From: Chrysomallon squamiferum
Lineage: Eukaryota > Animalia > Mollusca
Reading direction: 5' to 3'
DNA length: 64,000 nucleotides
Assembly (NCBI GenBank): GCA_012295275.1
Contig: CM022673.1
Coordinates: forward strand, 25,854,001 to 25,918,000
The translations under genes were made by a program, and so were the position numbers. The notes under the pieces were generated by a model. The model was not told the DNA's origin. It worked only from the letters and a program-made list of their open reading frames with translations, and did no database searches. This document shows, piece after piece, positions 1 through 63,762 of the stretch (its first letter is position 1; every line of letters begins with the position of its first letter).

Positions 1-1292
1 GAAATAAATTCTCAGAAATAATCAGGTAATTCTGAAAGATCACCTACAGACAACAGCAGTCACGACGAAACTGGAGCGGGGCACGTAACGAAAACGAAAA
101 CAAAGAGGCCTCCCTTCGAACTGCAGCCAACCCCCTAAATTTGTAGTTGATAACTCATAAGAATGCAATAGGTCAAGGGTAGCTGTTTTCTTCTGTTAAA
201 TTAACAACAACAACAACAACAACGACAACATCGAAAATAAATAAAAAATAAAAAAAAAATAAATAATATTTTAAGATATCGTTCTCATGGTTCGTTCCTC
301 GATCAAATTTGCAATAGCCCCCCCCCCAAAAAAAAAAAATCGTTTCGATGATTTATAACTATTTTTGTGATAAAAAAGAGGCAACTTCCTCTATTTTAAA
401 AATAGAAATTACTATAGGAAAGATAATCAATACCATCTGTTAACTGTAGATTATAAGCTAGGTTTGCCGGATATTCGAAAAAAAAAAAAAAATAATAATA
501 ATATTTATGCTGCCTTGAATGTTTCCTTATTTAGTTTTATTATTGCGATTCTGGAGCAACAATAAAGGGTCATCTTGAATTGATTAAATCCTAATCGAAT
601 TTACCTAGCAACGCATAAAAACAAGTTGCGACATCTACGCTGCTACATTTGGAGTGCTGGGAAAAATCAGTCGATGAACATCTGTGGCAGTACAGTCTGA
701 TGATTTTCTATGATTTACCGTGGATTATTATTCAAAACATATTGTGTTGGTGGGTTTTTTAATTTAAAAAATAAGACATTTGTGGTGGTTTTTTTTCGAA
801 TAAGTGTGTATTCGAATACTGTCTCCTTGGAACTGTGACGGATATCCAAAAGTCACCTTTTTGAAAATAAAAGCAGGATTAAAATCAAAACAACAAATTT
901 CGATTCTGATTGTATCTGAACGATCTTTATGAATGTGAGCAGTAAACGAAAGAAGAAATTCAGATTCTTAAACAACGTCAGCGAAAAGGTAGAAGAAAGA
1001 AACAGAGAAACAACAATTTAAAAAACAAAAAGACGAAATGAATTAGGAACGAAATTTTTCCATTAGATAATAGGGTCCATGGTTTCTGTAAAATATTGAT
1101 TAAAGTATACAGTGTGGCTAAATGCTTGCGTGACCCAAATGGAAAATTTTACATTTCACGTCTTGTAGACCTGTGATTTCAGACATTATTATGGGTTAGT
1201 TAACTTGGAGCATTTAGATTTTTAATATATCATCGACATTAGCCGGTCGATATAGAGTTGTTTAAACGTGTCAACAACAACATCAGCAACCT

Positions 1293-4926
<3,634 letters not shown>

Positions 4927-5652
4927 CCTGAATCCTCTAGTTTTGGGGCGGGTTTTTTTTTGGTGTTTTTTTCGATTTTGCTTAATCAGTCTAATAATAC
5001 TGAAATGATGTGTTAGTGAGATTCTATGGTGATTGTATCTGTATGGCTAAATTGTGCTTGATTTCAGAACTGAATTATGTAAATGGGAATCTGATAAATT
5101 GCATAATGTTGGCGTAACGTAAGAATTATAGACATAATTTAGTGGGATTTTAAGCATCGTGTGAGAACTTAATGTTGCTGGCTCATACAAAATAGAATGC
5201 AAACACTCGTAATGACTTTATAGAATATTTTAAAGCTGAATTTGCCAATTATTTACATTACTGGTTGGGTGATACGAGCATTTTGTAATACCTAAACCTT
5301 ACCATTAGCATTACAATATTATATTCTCTTAGAGGATACATATATCGGTTTATTTGTTCAAGAAATCAATTAAATGTAAAAGCTGGATAAAAGTAATGGA
5401 ATAGAAATAATACAGTGAACATTTTTAAAATTAATTAAATCATTAATAATTTATATAAATGTATTTATTTTTCTAATGTTTGAAATCACTGTTACTTCCT
5501 AATTTTCGATGATATAATTGTTTACTATAGATAAAAGGAATTAGCTGTCAATGTATTTTGATGTACATGATAAACATGTATGTGTTTTGTAAATTATTAA
5601 ACTAATAAGGGAGAAAAACCATGGCTTCGTTATCTTTGAACGTGTTGCACAA

Positions 5653-5666
5653 TATTATTATTATTA

Positions 5667-5718
<52 letters not shown>
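5653..5718. repeat. (TTA)n microsatellite
   Basis: Direct reading. Confidence 0.9.
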
Positions 5719-5721
<3 letters not shown>

Positions 5722-7171
5722 TTTATAATATTACAGGTATACGCTTGAATAAGAATCTCTTCTTAAAAATATAATAAAAGATGAGATAGAATACGTAATT
5801 AGGTTCTAAGTATAAGTTTACTTCGTATTTACGTTTTAAGTTATTTCCAGCATTCATAAACACTGAAACTGCGTATAACGTAGAATTTTATTTTTGATTT
5901 ATTTTTGTTTATTTATTCATTATTTTATATTTATTTTAATTTTTTGTGGGAATGGTATTAAAATGTTAAAAAGTAACTATGAATAGGTTACTTTTAGGTG
6001 ATGGGAGATAACTCTGTGCTACTAAATTGTACAAAAGAGACGTATATTCGTGTAGTCTATGCGTTTATTTAAATAAATGTCCAACTGAATAAGTCTAAGG
6101 CTTCACTAACAACAACAACAATAAATAAATAAATATAATAAACAAATAAATACATTAAAAAATAAGATTTTTTGTTTTCTTGACATTTGATAATCGACTA
6201 TTAACATCGAGACTATTTATTTTTTTTTTTTTTTTTTTTTTTTCAGGATAATGTTTTAAAAATACCAGTACTTAACGAATATTTTCAGCTTCAGTGTTTC
6301 TTATATTATTTTGGTCTTGTAATGACAGGTTTTTTCATGACTCTAATCCGTGATAAAACGTTTTTAAAAATTTGAGAATATTTGACGATTCCCTCCACAT
6401 GGTGGTATTAACAATTTCCACTGTCGTAATTAAAATTTAGAACAGATGATGCTTCAGCCAAGCAAACTTATTACAGATCAAATTCAGTCGATTATTATTA
6501 ATACAGTACTTTACACATTTACATTTTTATGAAGATGATTATAACAGTAATTAATATAATAACAATGATAAATAAATACGAGGAATAACAATACAACAAC
6601 AATCTAACAAACAGCCATCAGTAATAATAATAAAATAATAATAATAACAACAACAGAAACAATAATTACAACAACAACACAACAGTAATAACATTTATTT
6701 GGAGACGATTTAAAATTAATCTGGGTGACACAGAAAGTCAACTAGCAAATATGATTTTTTTAAAAACATTTTACCTTCTTTTGTTGTTCATGGAATAAAT
6801 ATGGAATAAACAATGTTCAGATATATATATACAAAATGAAAGAAATGAAAAATAATTTTAAAAAAGAAGATGAAAAGAATAAAAGTAAGAATAACACATT
6901 AAGTAAACGAATAATCTCAGAAATACGAAATGGTCTTTTGTCAGATGTAAAGGTTTTTCAAGGGAGACAATTCAAAGGTAAAACAGACGTTTGACACGCC
7001 ATCCATTCAATGCAGATAAAAACACGTGGAACACACTGTTCTGTCTTTTTTCAGTCTTCATCTTAATTATACCAATCATATTTATTTTGTTAATTTGTAT
7101 AACGATATTGTGATGAGATTAAAAATAAATAAATAAATGAGTCAATAAATAAATAAATAAATAAATGAGTC

Positions 7172-7202
<31 letters not shown>

Positions 7203-7304
7203 AAAATCTTTTTCGAATAAATAATAAATAAAATATCTGAACGGCTAAGTAATACTTAAGAACAAAAAAGGCTACCATAAGCCAAATGTGTTTGTGTTTT
7301 TAAT

Positions 7305-7336
<32 letters not shown>

Positions 7337-9088
7337 CCTAATACGCGCAAGGATTTGCTTTCTGTTTGTCCTTCAGTATTTACCAAAAGACTCAAAAGCA
7401 CTTAGTCCTTTTATATCGACTGGTGTGGACACTCATGACTCTCGGAATTACGTGACCCGCCAGCTCAATACCCTAGATCGGCCATTAAAACAGACCGCCC
7501 AGTCTCCATTTTAAAATGATTCCATCCATATATTCAGTACTGAAAAGATTTTAAACCCAGCCAATAAAACTTCTTTTTAAAAGGTGTTCACTGCAAACAG
7601 TTGTCACTCGCAAAGATTCTTTTTCACGCAACCCACCGATCAAATTGCTAAAACCGCTCATAAAACCGAACCAAACATTTATGTTGAAAACGAACCGGTA
7701 ATAAAGAAACCGATAGCTGGTTTAAACACAACTAACGGGAAATATTACACGGCAGTTTAAAAATCCATCTACATTTCCAAGAGCCGTACATGAAAATCTT
7801 AATTTTATTATGCAAGTGACTGGTAAACATGTAGATTATTATTTCTTTCTTTCTTCAATGCTGATCCTACATGCTTGCTGACTTGTTTTCTTGTATGTGT
7901 GTTTGATGTTCATACTGAGAGCAAAAGAAAGAAACGTTTTAATATTCGCGTTTTGTTTTCACAGAAGGAAAAGACGCTATTGTGTTGGGTGCCTCCAGAC
8001 TAAACTGTGATTATGGAGATAAAATGGGCAACGCATCCTCGATGAAGCTGCATATCCCATGCAAAAACCTGGAACAGGTGCGAAAATGGCATCTTTGTTC
8101 TTTTCGCAGACATCTTTATGTCATCACCACGGTCCAGTTTAAATAAACGGTTTTGTGGGTAGTGCATCAATGTGGTTTTTCGTATGTACGTTATTTCGAA
8201 AACATGCGCGAATAAGACTGGTTTTGTTTGCTGAGGATACACTGGGAACATTTACAGAAACGAAGGGGAAAAAAATTATGCCTTTTTCTGACATAAATTC
8301 TGACATTTCAAATGGAGAATAACAAACACGAGCCAAGTTTGTAGTCATACTATATATATAAAGAGGGGTACGCGACGGCCAAATATGGAATTTGATAAAT
8401 AAAGATTTTTGAGCTGGTGCTTGGATGTGAAGCAGTGTGAAAGGTGAGCAAACAGAGAGCAGCTCGTTAGTGGCTTGGGCGAGACAAATTGGCCCATTGG
8501 CTGTTAGACAGGTACACAGTCACATAATAGAAGCAAAACGTTTTAAACGTGCCGCGTTTAATTAGTTGTCTCACAGTCTATTTGCCAAATGTCAGCGGGT
8601 GTGTGTGACAGTTGGGGTGTCGGTTTTAGCATTGTAGTAAATTGTACTTTACTAAATTTTGTTACGTTTCATAAGCACAAAAAAAACTCACACAAACATG
8701 TTTAAGTCCTTCGCAGTTCGTACGTTTTATTTATCGGTTCGTATCACGTAATTTGTACACACAGAGGCATATTATAACAAATACAAACGTCTTGTAAATA
8801 ACAGGTTGTTGTAAAAACGTTCATTGTAACCGTGAACGTGTCAAATTCAGAAGACAGTTATACAAACATGTAACACGTAACGCTGAACATTAATTAAGAA
8901 AAATAATAATTGTTTAAGAAGGAACTTTCAAAAGCTGCTAAAGCTGATTTTACAAAGAAGAATCTTTGTTGATCTCTTCCATACTTCTTCTTCTTTTAAA
9001 AATTTCGTATATAATAATTTTATAATAAAATGTACATGATAAAAAAAAAATCTGATAAATCATGAATTTAAGAGTATATTAACACATG

Positions 9089-9091
<3 letters not shown>

Positions 9092-9169
<78 letters not shown>
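9092..9169. repeat. (GA)n microsatellite
   Basis: Direct reading. Confidence 0.95.
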
Positions 9170-9172
<3 letters not shown>

Positions 9173-9507
9173 TTGTATGTGTGTGTGTTTACGTGGATAG
9201 GTAGTAAAAGGATTTTAATGTTATTTCTATTTAATAGCTCTCCGTATTTTTGTTGAACTATAAATGAAACCTGTTGTATGAATATAAGCAAGCAAACATT
9301 CTCAAAAAAAAAAAATATATATATATGTGAATTTAAAAAAAAATACTGATTTTGTATAAACGTTTCATACAACACATAACACATACACATCTATATATAT
9401 ACGTATACAGACACACACACATATATACATGTATGTATAAATACATACATTCATACACTTATCAGTATATATGGTATATATATACACACTCACACACATA
9501 CACACAC

Positions 9508-9547
<40 letters not shown>

Positions 9548-9965
9548 ATACCTACATACATTTATACGTGTGTGTGTGTGTGTGTGTATATATACATACA
9601 TACATATAAACATACACACTCATATACATATATTTTTCCTATAAATAGTAATAATATATGAGGATTAGATAAATTTCTATATTTTTGTGCATGTCCAACA
9701 ATATAGTTTTTTTTTGTGACGGATTTATTTTTGCTTCGATAAATTACTTGTTATTTACGTATATAATTCTTCACAGTTATTTCTATATAATTTAACTGCT
9801 GTTTAGATCTTGAAATCGGTTTTCACTGTAAAAAATGTCGTTATTTAAGAATTATTTTATATTTGATGCATGATTTTCACAATAAATTTACCACACTCGA
9901 ATGCAGTATGTTGTTAAATAAAACAGTCCATTTCATTTAAATTTTGTTTTATTTAAGACCGCAGG

Positions 9966-10089
9966 ATAAAAGAAATAATTGGTTACTGTTTTAAGATATC
10001 AGCTTTATCATGCTCAGGCAGACTTCGGCATTCAAGCCTTGGCAAAATAAAGCTGATATTATAAGACAGTAATCAGTTATTTCCTTTAT
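9966..10089. mobile_element. Palindromic MITE-like element / long hairpin (43-bp inverted arms)
   Basis: 9966-10008 is the reverse complement of 10047-10089 at 37/43 positions; 38-nt GC-richer spacer; abuts a (TA)n run. Confidence 0.55.
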
Positions 10090-10720
10090 ATATATATATA
10101 TATACATATATTTTATCATTAATTGTGGGTTGTTTTCTTTTACTTTAGACTGCGTGTGCATATTGATGTGTTTTGTGTGTTTTTTCTTTGTGAATATATA
10201 TATAACACAGAAATAAATGCACGTACGTGTATATGTGTGTGTGTGCGTGCGTGCGTGCGTGTTTGTTATAAGCGAATCATATAGTATTAGCTTGTATGTT
10301 CTTAATTACCTCTGGTCTGTTGGGAATTAGAACGTTTTCGTTTGTGGACTTCACTTGTAAGGACATATTATATAGTTGTGCAGTACCTTTGAAAATTAAA
10401 TTCCTCGGTGTATTTAAACATTACAGTTCGGTAATTAATAGCATATGCACCTTATTCGCTGGTATTCTCTTTCCCATGTTATTAAGTGCAACTCCAAATG
10501 CCAAAGAATAATATTGTAAAATAATAGCCGACTGACACTGCCGAGGGAGAATAAACGAACGGTGGGGAAAAAAGAGAGAGAGAAAAAAAATATAGTAACT
10601 TGTCGGAGGAGTTAAAAGCAATAGCCTATTGTTAAGCTCATGGAGTGGTTTGCAGTATTTGAGTTCTATGGATAGCTGTAGACTCGACTGTGATTGTACT
10701 TGAACCATGAACGCGTACGG

Positions 10721-49092
<38,372 letters not shown>

Positions 49093-49265
49093 TGAATGGA
49101 TCTTGAAAGTCAATCTCTTCACATAGTGGGTTTTTTTTTCTCTGACTGGGGTTCGAGAACAGCACTCGAAGTTGTGTATTTAAATTTCAGTCATTAACGA
49201 AGATTCTAATCTCTGTGATGTGTAGAAATAGCGTTCTTTTTTTTTTTTCTTTTTTTTTCTAGGAT

Positions 49266-49299
<34 letters not shown>

Positions 49300-52200
49300 G
49301 TGTCGTTCCAAAGTGGTAGAACTATTTTTTTAATCAGCAGCTATTTCAAAAAGTCATCTTGATTAAAAAAAAAAAAAATGAAGTGTTAAATGTGAATGTT
49401 GATGATGTAATTTAGAGTTTAGAAACAGACATATCTTTTACCTCATCAATGCACTGCATTCATTATGGTCACGTTTTCTTTTTGTTTTTTTTTGTAGAAG
49501 GAGCCAAAGATTTTTTGTAGCTTTATTTTATTACTGGCTGAGTGTTTCTGTTTATTTATTTTCATTAGCATTGCTGTTCACTGTATAAATGGCAGCCCTG
49601 AATAATAAATCTAAGAATAAACTTTTCATTCTTAGAGGAACTGCATAATAACATTACAAGAAAGCAAAGTGAAAATATCAAGAGTATGAAGATAGGAACA
49701 AAGAGAAAGGAACAAAAATGGATATTTGTGCTGTACAAGGAGATCACACTAAGAAAAGGCAGATGATGTGTTTTTGGTTTTTGTTTTGCAGGAGTGTCTT
49801 TTGTTATGAGTGTGAACTGCATGTAAATTTACAACAGTCAGAAACGAGAAGTGTTTGTATATGTTTGTTTTGTGATACGTCATTTTTTTTTTTTTTGATT
49901 AAGCATTTTAGTGCTACATGTTCACCAGTCATTAATCAACTAAAATGTGAGGAGTATGTAGACTAAATAATTCCTCTTGTGCATTTTTCTGTTGGTGTTT
50001 TGTTTTAGCAGTTTAACTTCACTTCATGGACGTTTTGACTAAATCTAGGAGACTGCCTCAGATGTTATACAAAGTGAAACCAGAACAAAGATTTTATTTC
50101 ATTATTATTATTATTTTTTAGATATTAAAATTCTACTTTTGAAATCTCATTCCAGTTTTAATAATTCTACTTATTAAATTTTTGATATTTAAATTTAAAA
50201 AAAAAAAAATTTCTGAAGAATATTAAGAAAAAAATGGTGCTGAATAATTAGATAAGTGACATTGTTGGTTAATTCATGTCTCCATCATAAATACATGCAT
50301 AATTAAAAAAAATTTTTTTTTCATTTACTTAATTTAAATTATTAGTCAGTTGTTGGGGTGATTTATTTTAAAAAACAGATATGACTAATTAAATTAGTTC
50401 TGTATTTCAAATGTTTATTATTTGCTATGCTCTGCTTTTAAATTATTCACCCTTGCAAACATTTCTATTTTTTTTTTTTTGGACTAAATGATAAAGCTTG
50501 TTAAACATTTGGACACTGAATTAAATAGATAATAACAAATGTTTCCATTCATACATCCAACTTTGATATCTGCTTTCAGATATTTTTTTTAAAAAAAAAT
50601 CATGTTTTTACCATTAACTGTAATGAACCACTGCAATCTTAAATAAACAATACATTTAATAAAACAATCGGTTGGCATTAAATGCTGTGTGGGGAAAGGA
50701 CCTGATGTTATTTAATACTGACAGCATAATAAAAATTGTCCATTGTGATTTTAATGTTCAGGGAGGTTTCTGTTTGGAGTTATAAGTTTACAGATTAAGT
50801 GAGATGCTTGATTAATACATGTCTCTGAATATCATAAACATACATGCATAATTTAAAATATATCTTCTTGGAGGTGTATTTGCTTAATTTAAATTATTAT
50901 TCAGATGTTGCCAAAAGTGTATTCTTCAAATAGATTTTTTTTCTTTTTGCTATTTGCTGTTCATTTATGGTTGTCTGTTGTTTCTGAATATGTACATTAA
51001 AATATGACATTTAGATAAGTTTAATTATATAATAATTTATCTAGTTTAATACAGTGTATTAATGAAAAAAACCCAGTCTGAGTGAGATCATTGTAACTTA
51101 CTGAGAGTAGACAATCGTTGATGGAAAAATTCTTATTTTATTTTTATCTACTTAAAATTGATTGGTCAGCTTAAAAGTAAATAGGTGAAATATTAGTATT
51201 TTATTTTGTTAATTTTAATGTTTCTGTATCTTTAACTTTGTTTTTATTTCTTTCATTTTATTATTTTATTTTATTATTATTTTTTTAATTATTATTTTAT
51301 TTTATTTTGTTTTGCTTTGTTTTATTACTTTATTTTTTTTTATTTTGTTTAATGACATGAGTTCTTGTTTGTTACATTTTTGTTATTGCTATTTTTAGCA
51401 AAGAATACTTACTGTAGAAAAATCTTCTTGTTTTAATGAAATAGCATAATAACGATAATAATTTAATTACCTTTGTTTACACTATTATCCTGTACAAATC
51501 TGAGTTGGAATATTGATAAGAAAATTCTAAACTGCTATGACAATCTGGAAAAATACATCTGATGTTAATTATTACATTTTCTAAATGTTTTCACAATTAA
51601 ATTAAACTTGAGCAGAAATCTGTTTTATAGATCAGTGTTTGACAATCAGACAGAGAAAAAAATGATATTAATTATTAAATTATCAAAATAATTAAGAATT
51701 ATTTGGGAAGAATTTTTTTTTTTTCTGTGTGTGTGTATGTGTGTGATGAGGAATTGTGTTGTTTTGTTTTTTAAATCATAAACTTTTTGAAATATACATA
51801 TTTTTTGTTTAAATTGACAATATACCATTATATCAGTTCAAAATTATTTCTACAACCCAAATCTAAAATTTTCTAATTAAATGAGCTGCGAACAAAAGGA
51901 ATTTTTAAAATTTTTTGCTCATGTGATTTTTCAGTCACATTTTTAAATAGTGATAAAATTTCTGGATATAAAATATGATTTTCCACTGAAAAAAACAACA
52001 ACAAAAAAACAATTCATTAAAAAAAAAATATATATATATATTTTTTTTTTTTTTTCTATACATTATTCTCCAGTTTGGATCTCTTCAGTATTCGTCACTT
52101 TTTTTTTCGTCAGTTTCATTTTGACAATCATTGTATTTTGTGTTTTGTGATCATTTGCAATGATTGAAAACGAGAATTATTTCACCTACAACTGTTCATC

Positions 52201-54946
52201 TGCGTGTTTTTTTTATAACCTTTGTTTGTATAATTTATTTGTGTTTTTACTTCGTGTAAGTGATAGTGCCAAGTTAACAGACGCAGGCAGGCAGAGGCTG
52301 TAATACAGTTTTCTCTGTTACTCGATGCTGGTTCGTTTAAACATCTCTGAATTTTCTGTTTTTTAATCCTGTTTGTAGTGAAAACACTAACCAAAGAATA
52401 ACAATAATCTAAGAAGACATGTTTTAAATGTAACTTTATAAAATAAACTTTCTGTTTTTAAAAAAATAATTTGATCTTTTTAAATAGTTTTAAAGAATAC
52501 TCTTTGTTTCTTTAAAGTTTTTTTTTTTTTTTTTTTTAATTAAACAAGCTTTCTGTTCTTAAATACTGGAAATACGGTCTATTTAAATAGTTTTGAAAAA
52601 TCAGTTTTGTCAATTGTAATATTATTAATAGGAAAAAATCCTCTTTTTTTTAACTACATTTTATAAAAATTATATTTTATTCTATTCTCAGTTGTAAACT
52701 TTTAACCTAACTGTTTTGCTGAAATGTAAATTTCATATTAAAAACAGGATAAATGGAACAATATATATGTGTAAAATAACTGAACATTATCTAAAGTGAA
52801 TACAATAACTGTAAGATTTCCTTCATATATAAATTGTTATTTACACTTTTCAAAGAAACGCATTTCATGACATCGATGTAGTGTTACTGAAAAAAGTTTT
52901 TTTTATTTTTGACAAGTACCAGTATTCTTGGTTTAAAGTTAGGTTAAAAAACCTGACATTGGGTCTTCCTGAATAAGCATCTTTTATAATTTACTATTTG
53001 CTACTTTTCATGATAAAACAGCAGAGAATTTCAAAGTTGTTTTAAATATGACGACAAACGGTGAAATAGTTTTGAAAATCATTAACAAAATTGTTAATAT
53101 AATATTTTACATATTACTTTGATACATGTTTCAGATATTGCTGAAACAAATTTATTAAAATTAATTTTTGATATGGGAAAAGAAGTCAGTTTTGAACGGA
53201 GAGGTGAAAAACGTAAAAAAAAAAAAAATTATAATAATTAAAGCAAAAACTGAAAAAAAAATCAGTATTTTAAGTTTTGATGTGGCAAGTTCGTTAAGCT
53301 TTCAGTTAAAATTAAAAACACTCTTGTACAAATGGTTATTCTTGTGATACCTATAGCTTTAGACTTGAGTTTGTTTGTGTGGTTGTGTTGTGTGGCCATC
53401 CCAGTGTAAAGTATTATTAGTGGTCATACAAACACTGTTCAGGGCCATTATTTATTTTCATCATTATATTCGAAGCAGAACAATCACTTACATTTTTACC
53501 TGCTTTCTCAGTTAAGTCGTTCACGAAGCATTACTGTTTTTAGTTTAGCTAATCTGAAAGTATTCCTCTGTTTTTAAACAGAGGTAAACATGATGGTTCT
53601 AAGCAATCGTTTTTTTTTTTTTTTTTTCAGTTGAAGATTTGCATGAAGTACTTAAGCCTCAAAATAATACTGTTGTAGGTTATTAGATCAGAGTTTAAAA
53701 AATGTTTTCTGACAAGAACAATTCATTAGTTCACAAAATTTTCTACATGGTAACTTATCATAATTAGTTGATTCCTAGTATATCATAGATTTCATTTAAA
53801 AGAACGTGTATTTAAATACTACTTTCGTACAGATATTTATTTCAGATTTTTTTTTCCATCTCAGTCATGAATCCTATTGTTGGAAATGTTTATTTTCCAT
53901 TTAAAAAAAAAAAATTTGTTATCTAATCTACACATTATATTTCTTTGTATATCTGTAGTGTTCACTTTCTTGGTGGTTCATCTGGAGAGTGTTTGTAAGA
54001 CCAGTACTTGTTTTAATATGTTCTAGTCATAATACTCTTGCATTATCTAAGTGTGAAGTTAGTTATGCAAGTTATAGAAATAGTTTGTTGATATACTGAT
54101 GAAAAAAAAAAAAGAGTGCTACCTGCATGTCTGCATATCTTTGTTCCATTACTTTAAGCCTGGACTGTTTTACGATCATTAATTAATTTTAAAATACATT
54201 TTTATGATTGTCACCAACAGTTCATCACAATGCATGTATTAACTGATTCACTGGGATTTTTTGTTGAAAAAAAAAAATCCACATTTATTTTGTTTTGTAA
54301 CCATATCTTTTGATTACCACTAATATTATAAGATAGCATCATGTCAGTGGCTTTTAAAGCATATTTAAATAACGTTTAGTCATGATAGAAATTAGTTTTT
54401 ATTTTGAAATCATTATCCTTTACTGAAAACTATAAAAAATGCAAATATAAATAAGTAAAATTAATACATATATATTTTTAATTTTTATTTTTACATACAC
54501 ACCTACAAAATAAATTTATAAATAAATATTCTGAATAATTGAAAGATAATTTATTTTAACTGGCTAAACACCATGTTCAAAATAAAATTTTTTTTTTTTA
54601 ATTATGATAATCTCTCTACTATTTCTCATTTCATTTCTTGGTGTTTAATTTAATAAATATCTCTTATTTTTCTATTTCTCGTAGCATTGAAATCACTTTT
54701 TACATTATTTTATGGTAGTCATTTCACATTCAAGTCCTTGTAAAATTACTGCTACAAGTTAAATCATAGGTTTTACTTGTTTTATTTTATATATTTATAT
54801 ATCTCAGATTTTAAAATTTTCACAAAGGTTGTTGTAGCCGATGCAGGTAGCACTTGGATGTGATTGTCTTTATGATGTTGATGTACATAACACTTGTTTC
54901 AAATCATTTCTTGTTTTCATGGACATGTACAATTTTCGTTGAAAAA

Positions 54947-54952
54947 AATAAA
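54947..54952 (+). promoter_or_regulatory. Candidate distal RECK polyadenylation signal
   Basis: AATAAA preceded by TGTA elements (54882, 54926) and followed by T-rich sequence; earlier AATAAA hexamers also exist. Confidence 0.3.
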
Positions 54953-56708
54953 CAATAACATTTTTACAGACTTAAGTTTTATTTAATAACGTTTTAATTT
55001 TTAATTTATTAATTTATTTATTTATTTATATATATATATATTTTTTTTAATCACATTTTTTTTTTAAAAACAAGCTGGGATCTGTTATACTGGATGAAAA
55101 TTCTCTAATCCAAAGCCAAATTTTACATAATTCTAACTTAAAACTGTCCAATAAAACTACTGTTTTGTAACACAATTTACTATAGATAAAAATTACATGT
55201 CAAATATTTATAAAACAGTGCCTTCACTGAGTTGGATTTTTCCTGTGAACTCCAGATGATAAAGTAAAAATAAATTACAAAACATCTGAGATGATAATTT
55301 TTATTTAAATATATCTTCTGATGTATATTTTGTATATATATAAAAAGTTTAATGCTTCAAAGTAAATGGACAAGTATGTGGACAAGTCAAGTAAATTTGT
55401 GTAGAAATATAAAAATACAAAAATTGTGTTAAAAACATAAAATACTGATCCCACTGGTTCTAAACATAATATCAGAGTGGAATACAAAATGAATCAGTAT
55501 AAAATATTTTCACTTATAAGTCATTATATATATTTAAAAATAAACATGTTATGTGTATGTCTGTGTGTGTGTGTGTGTGTGTGTGTTTCTGTAAAGACAT
55601 GAAAAAGCTACTTTAGCATTTTACGTGGTTTCTTTCATGAAGTAATTTTCTGCTCATAAACATTTTTTTGTTGTTGTTACTTTAAAAAAAATTCAATATA
55701 TACACATCAATATTTACACATCACTATTTACAGTAACTTTCTTACCTACTATGATGGTCACATTTAATTAAATATTACATTAATAAATTAAGTAATACAA
55801 TAACAAACTGTGGAGCATAATAAAGCTGGGACAAACTTACACAGAACAAAAGTATCTATAAAATATGTCCTGCAGAACAGTTGTAAACTGAACAGATCCA
55901 AGTTAAATATCTCTCACTGGATCTGAATTAGGATGCTGCCTTAAACAAAGTTGAAGTAAAATTATTGAATTACTCAGTGGATTTCCTGGCATAAAATAAA
56001 ATGTAATATTTTTGGTTTCTTTGTTTATAAAAGTGTTTTCCATCTTTAAATGTTTAAGTAACTTTGATAAAGATGTCTTTATGTGCCAACCAGACAAATT
56101 TAGCTGTATTCAAAAGAATGTTTATAAAATATTAATAAAGAACAGCTAATGTATTTGTTTCAAAAATTAGCAGTATGAACAAATGTAAATTACTATTATT
56201 GTAAGAATAATTATTATTATTATTTATTTATTTATTTTATTATTATTTTATTTATATTTATTAATTATTATATTTATTATATTTTATTTATTTATTTATT
56301 TATTAATTATTATTTTTATTTTATTATATGCTATTTTTTAAATTATTTATTTATTTAATAAGGAAAAGATGGAAAATTGAATATAGAAAAATGTCTTTCA
56401 ATAAACTTTCTGGCTTTCACAATTCAAAGATTTTCTAATTATTCTAATACTGAATTGTAAATTCAGCGGTCCTGAATTATGTTGACTCTGGTATTGGGTA
56501 CAAAACAACAGGATAAAGATTTCTAGACAGTATGAATAGACAGATATGAGTGACAGGAATTTCTAAGCAACTAGATAAAGATTTCTAGACAGAATGAACA
56601 GACAGATACTTGTGACAGGAATTTCTAAACAACTAGATAAAGATTTTTAGACAGTATGAATAGACAGATATGAGTGACTGGAATTTCGAAGCAACTAGAT
56701 AAAGATTT

Positions 56709-63762
<7,054 letters not shown>

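Noticed and set aside
1-175. GC-richer stretch at the window start as a further coding exon
   Set aside because: Stops in all three + frames, no recognisable protein motif, and the downstream gene already has its own Met-Gly start.
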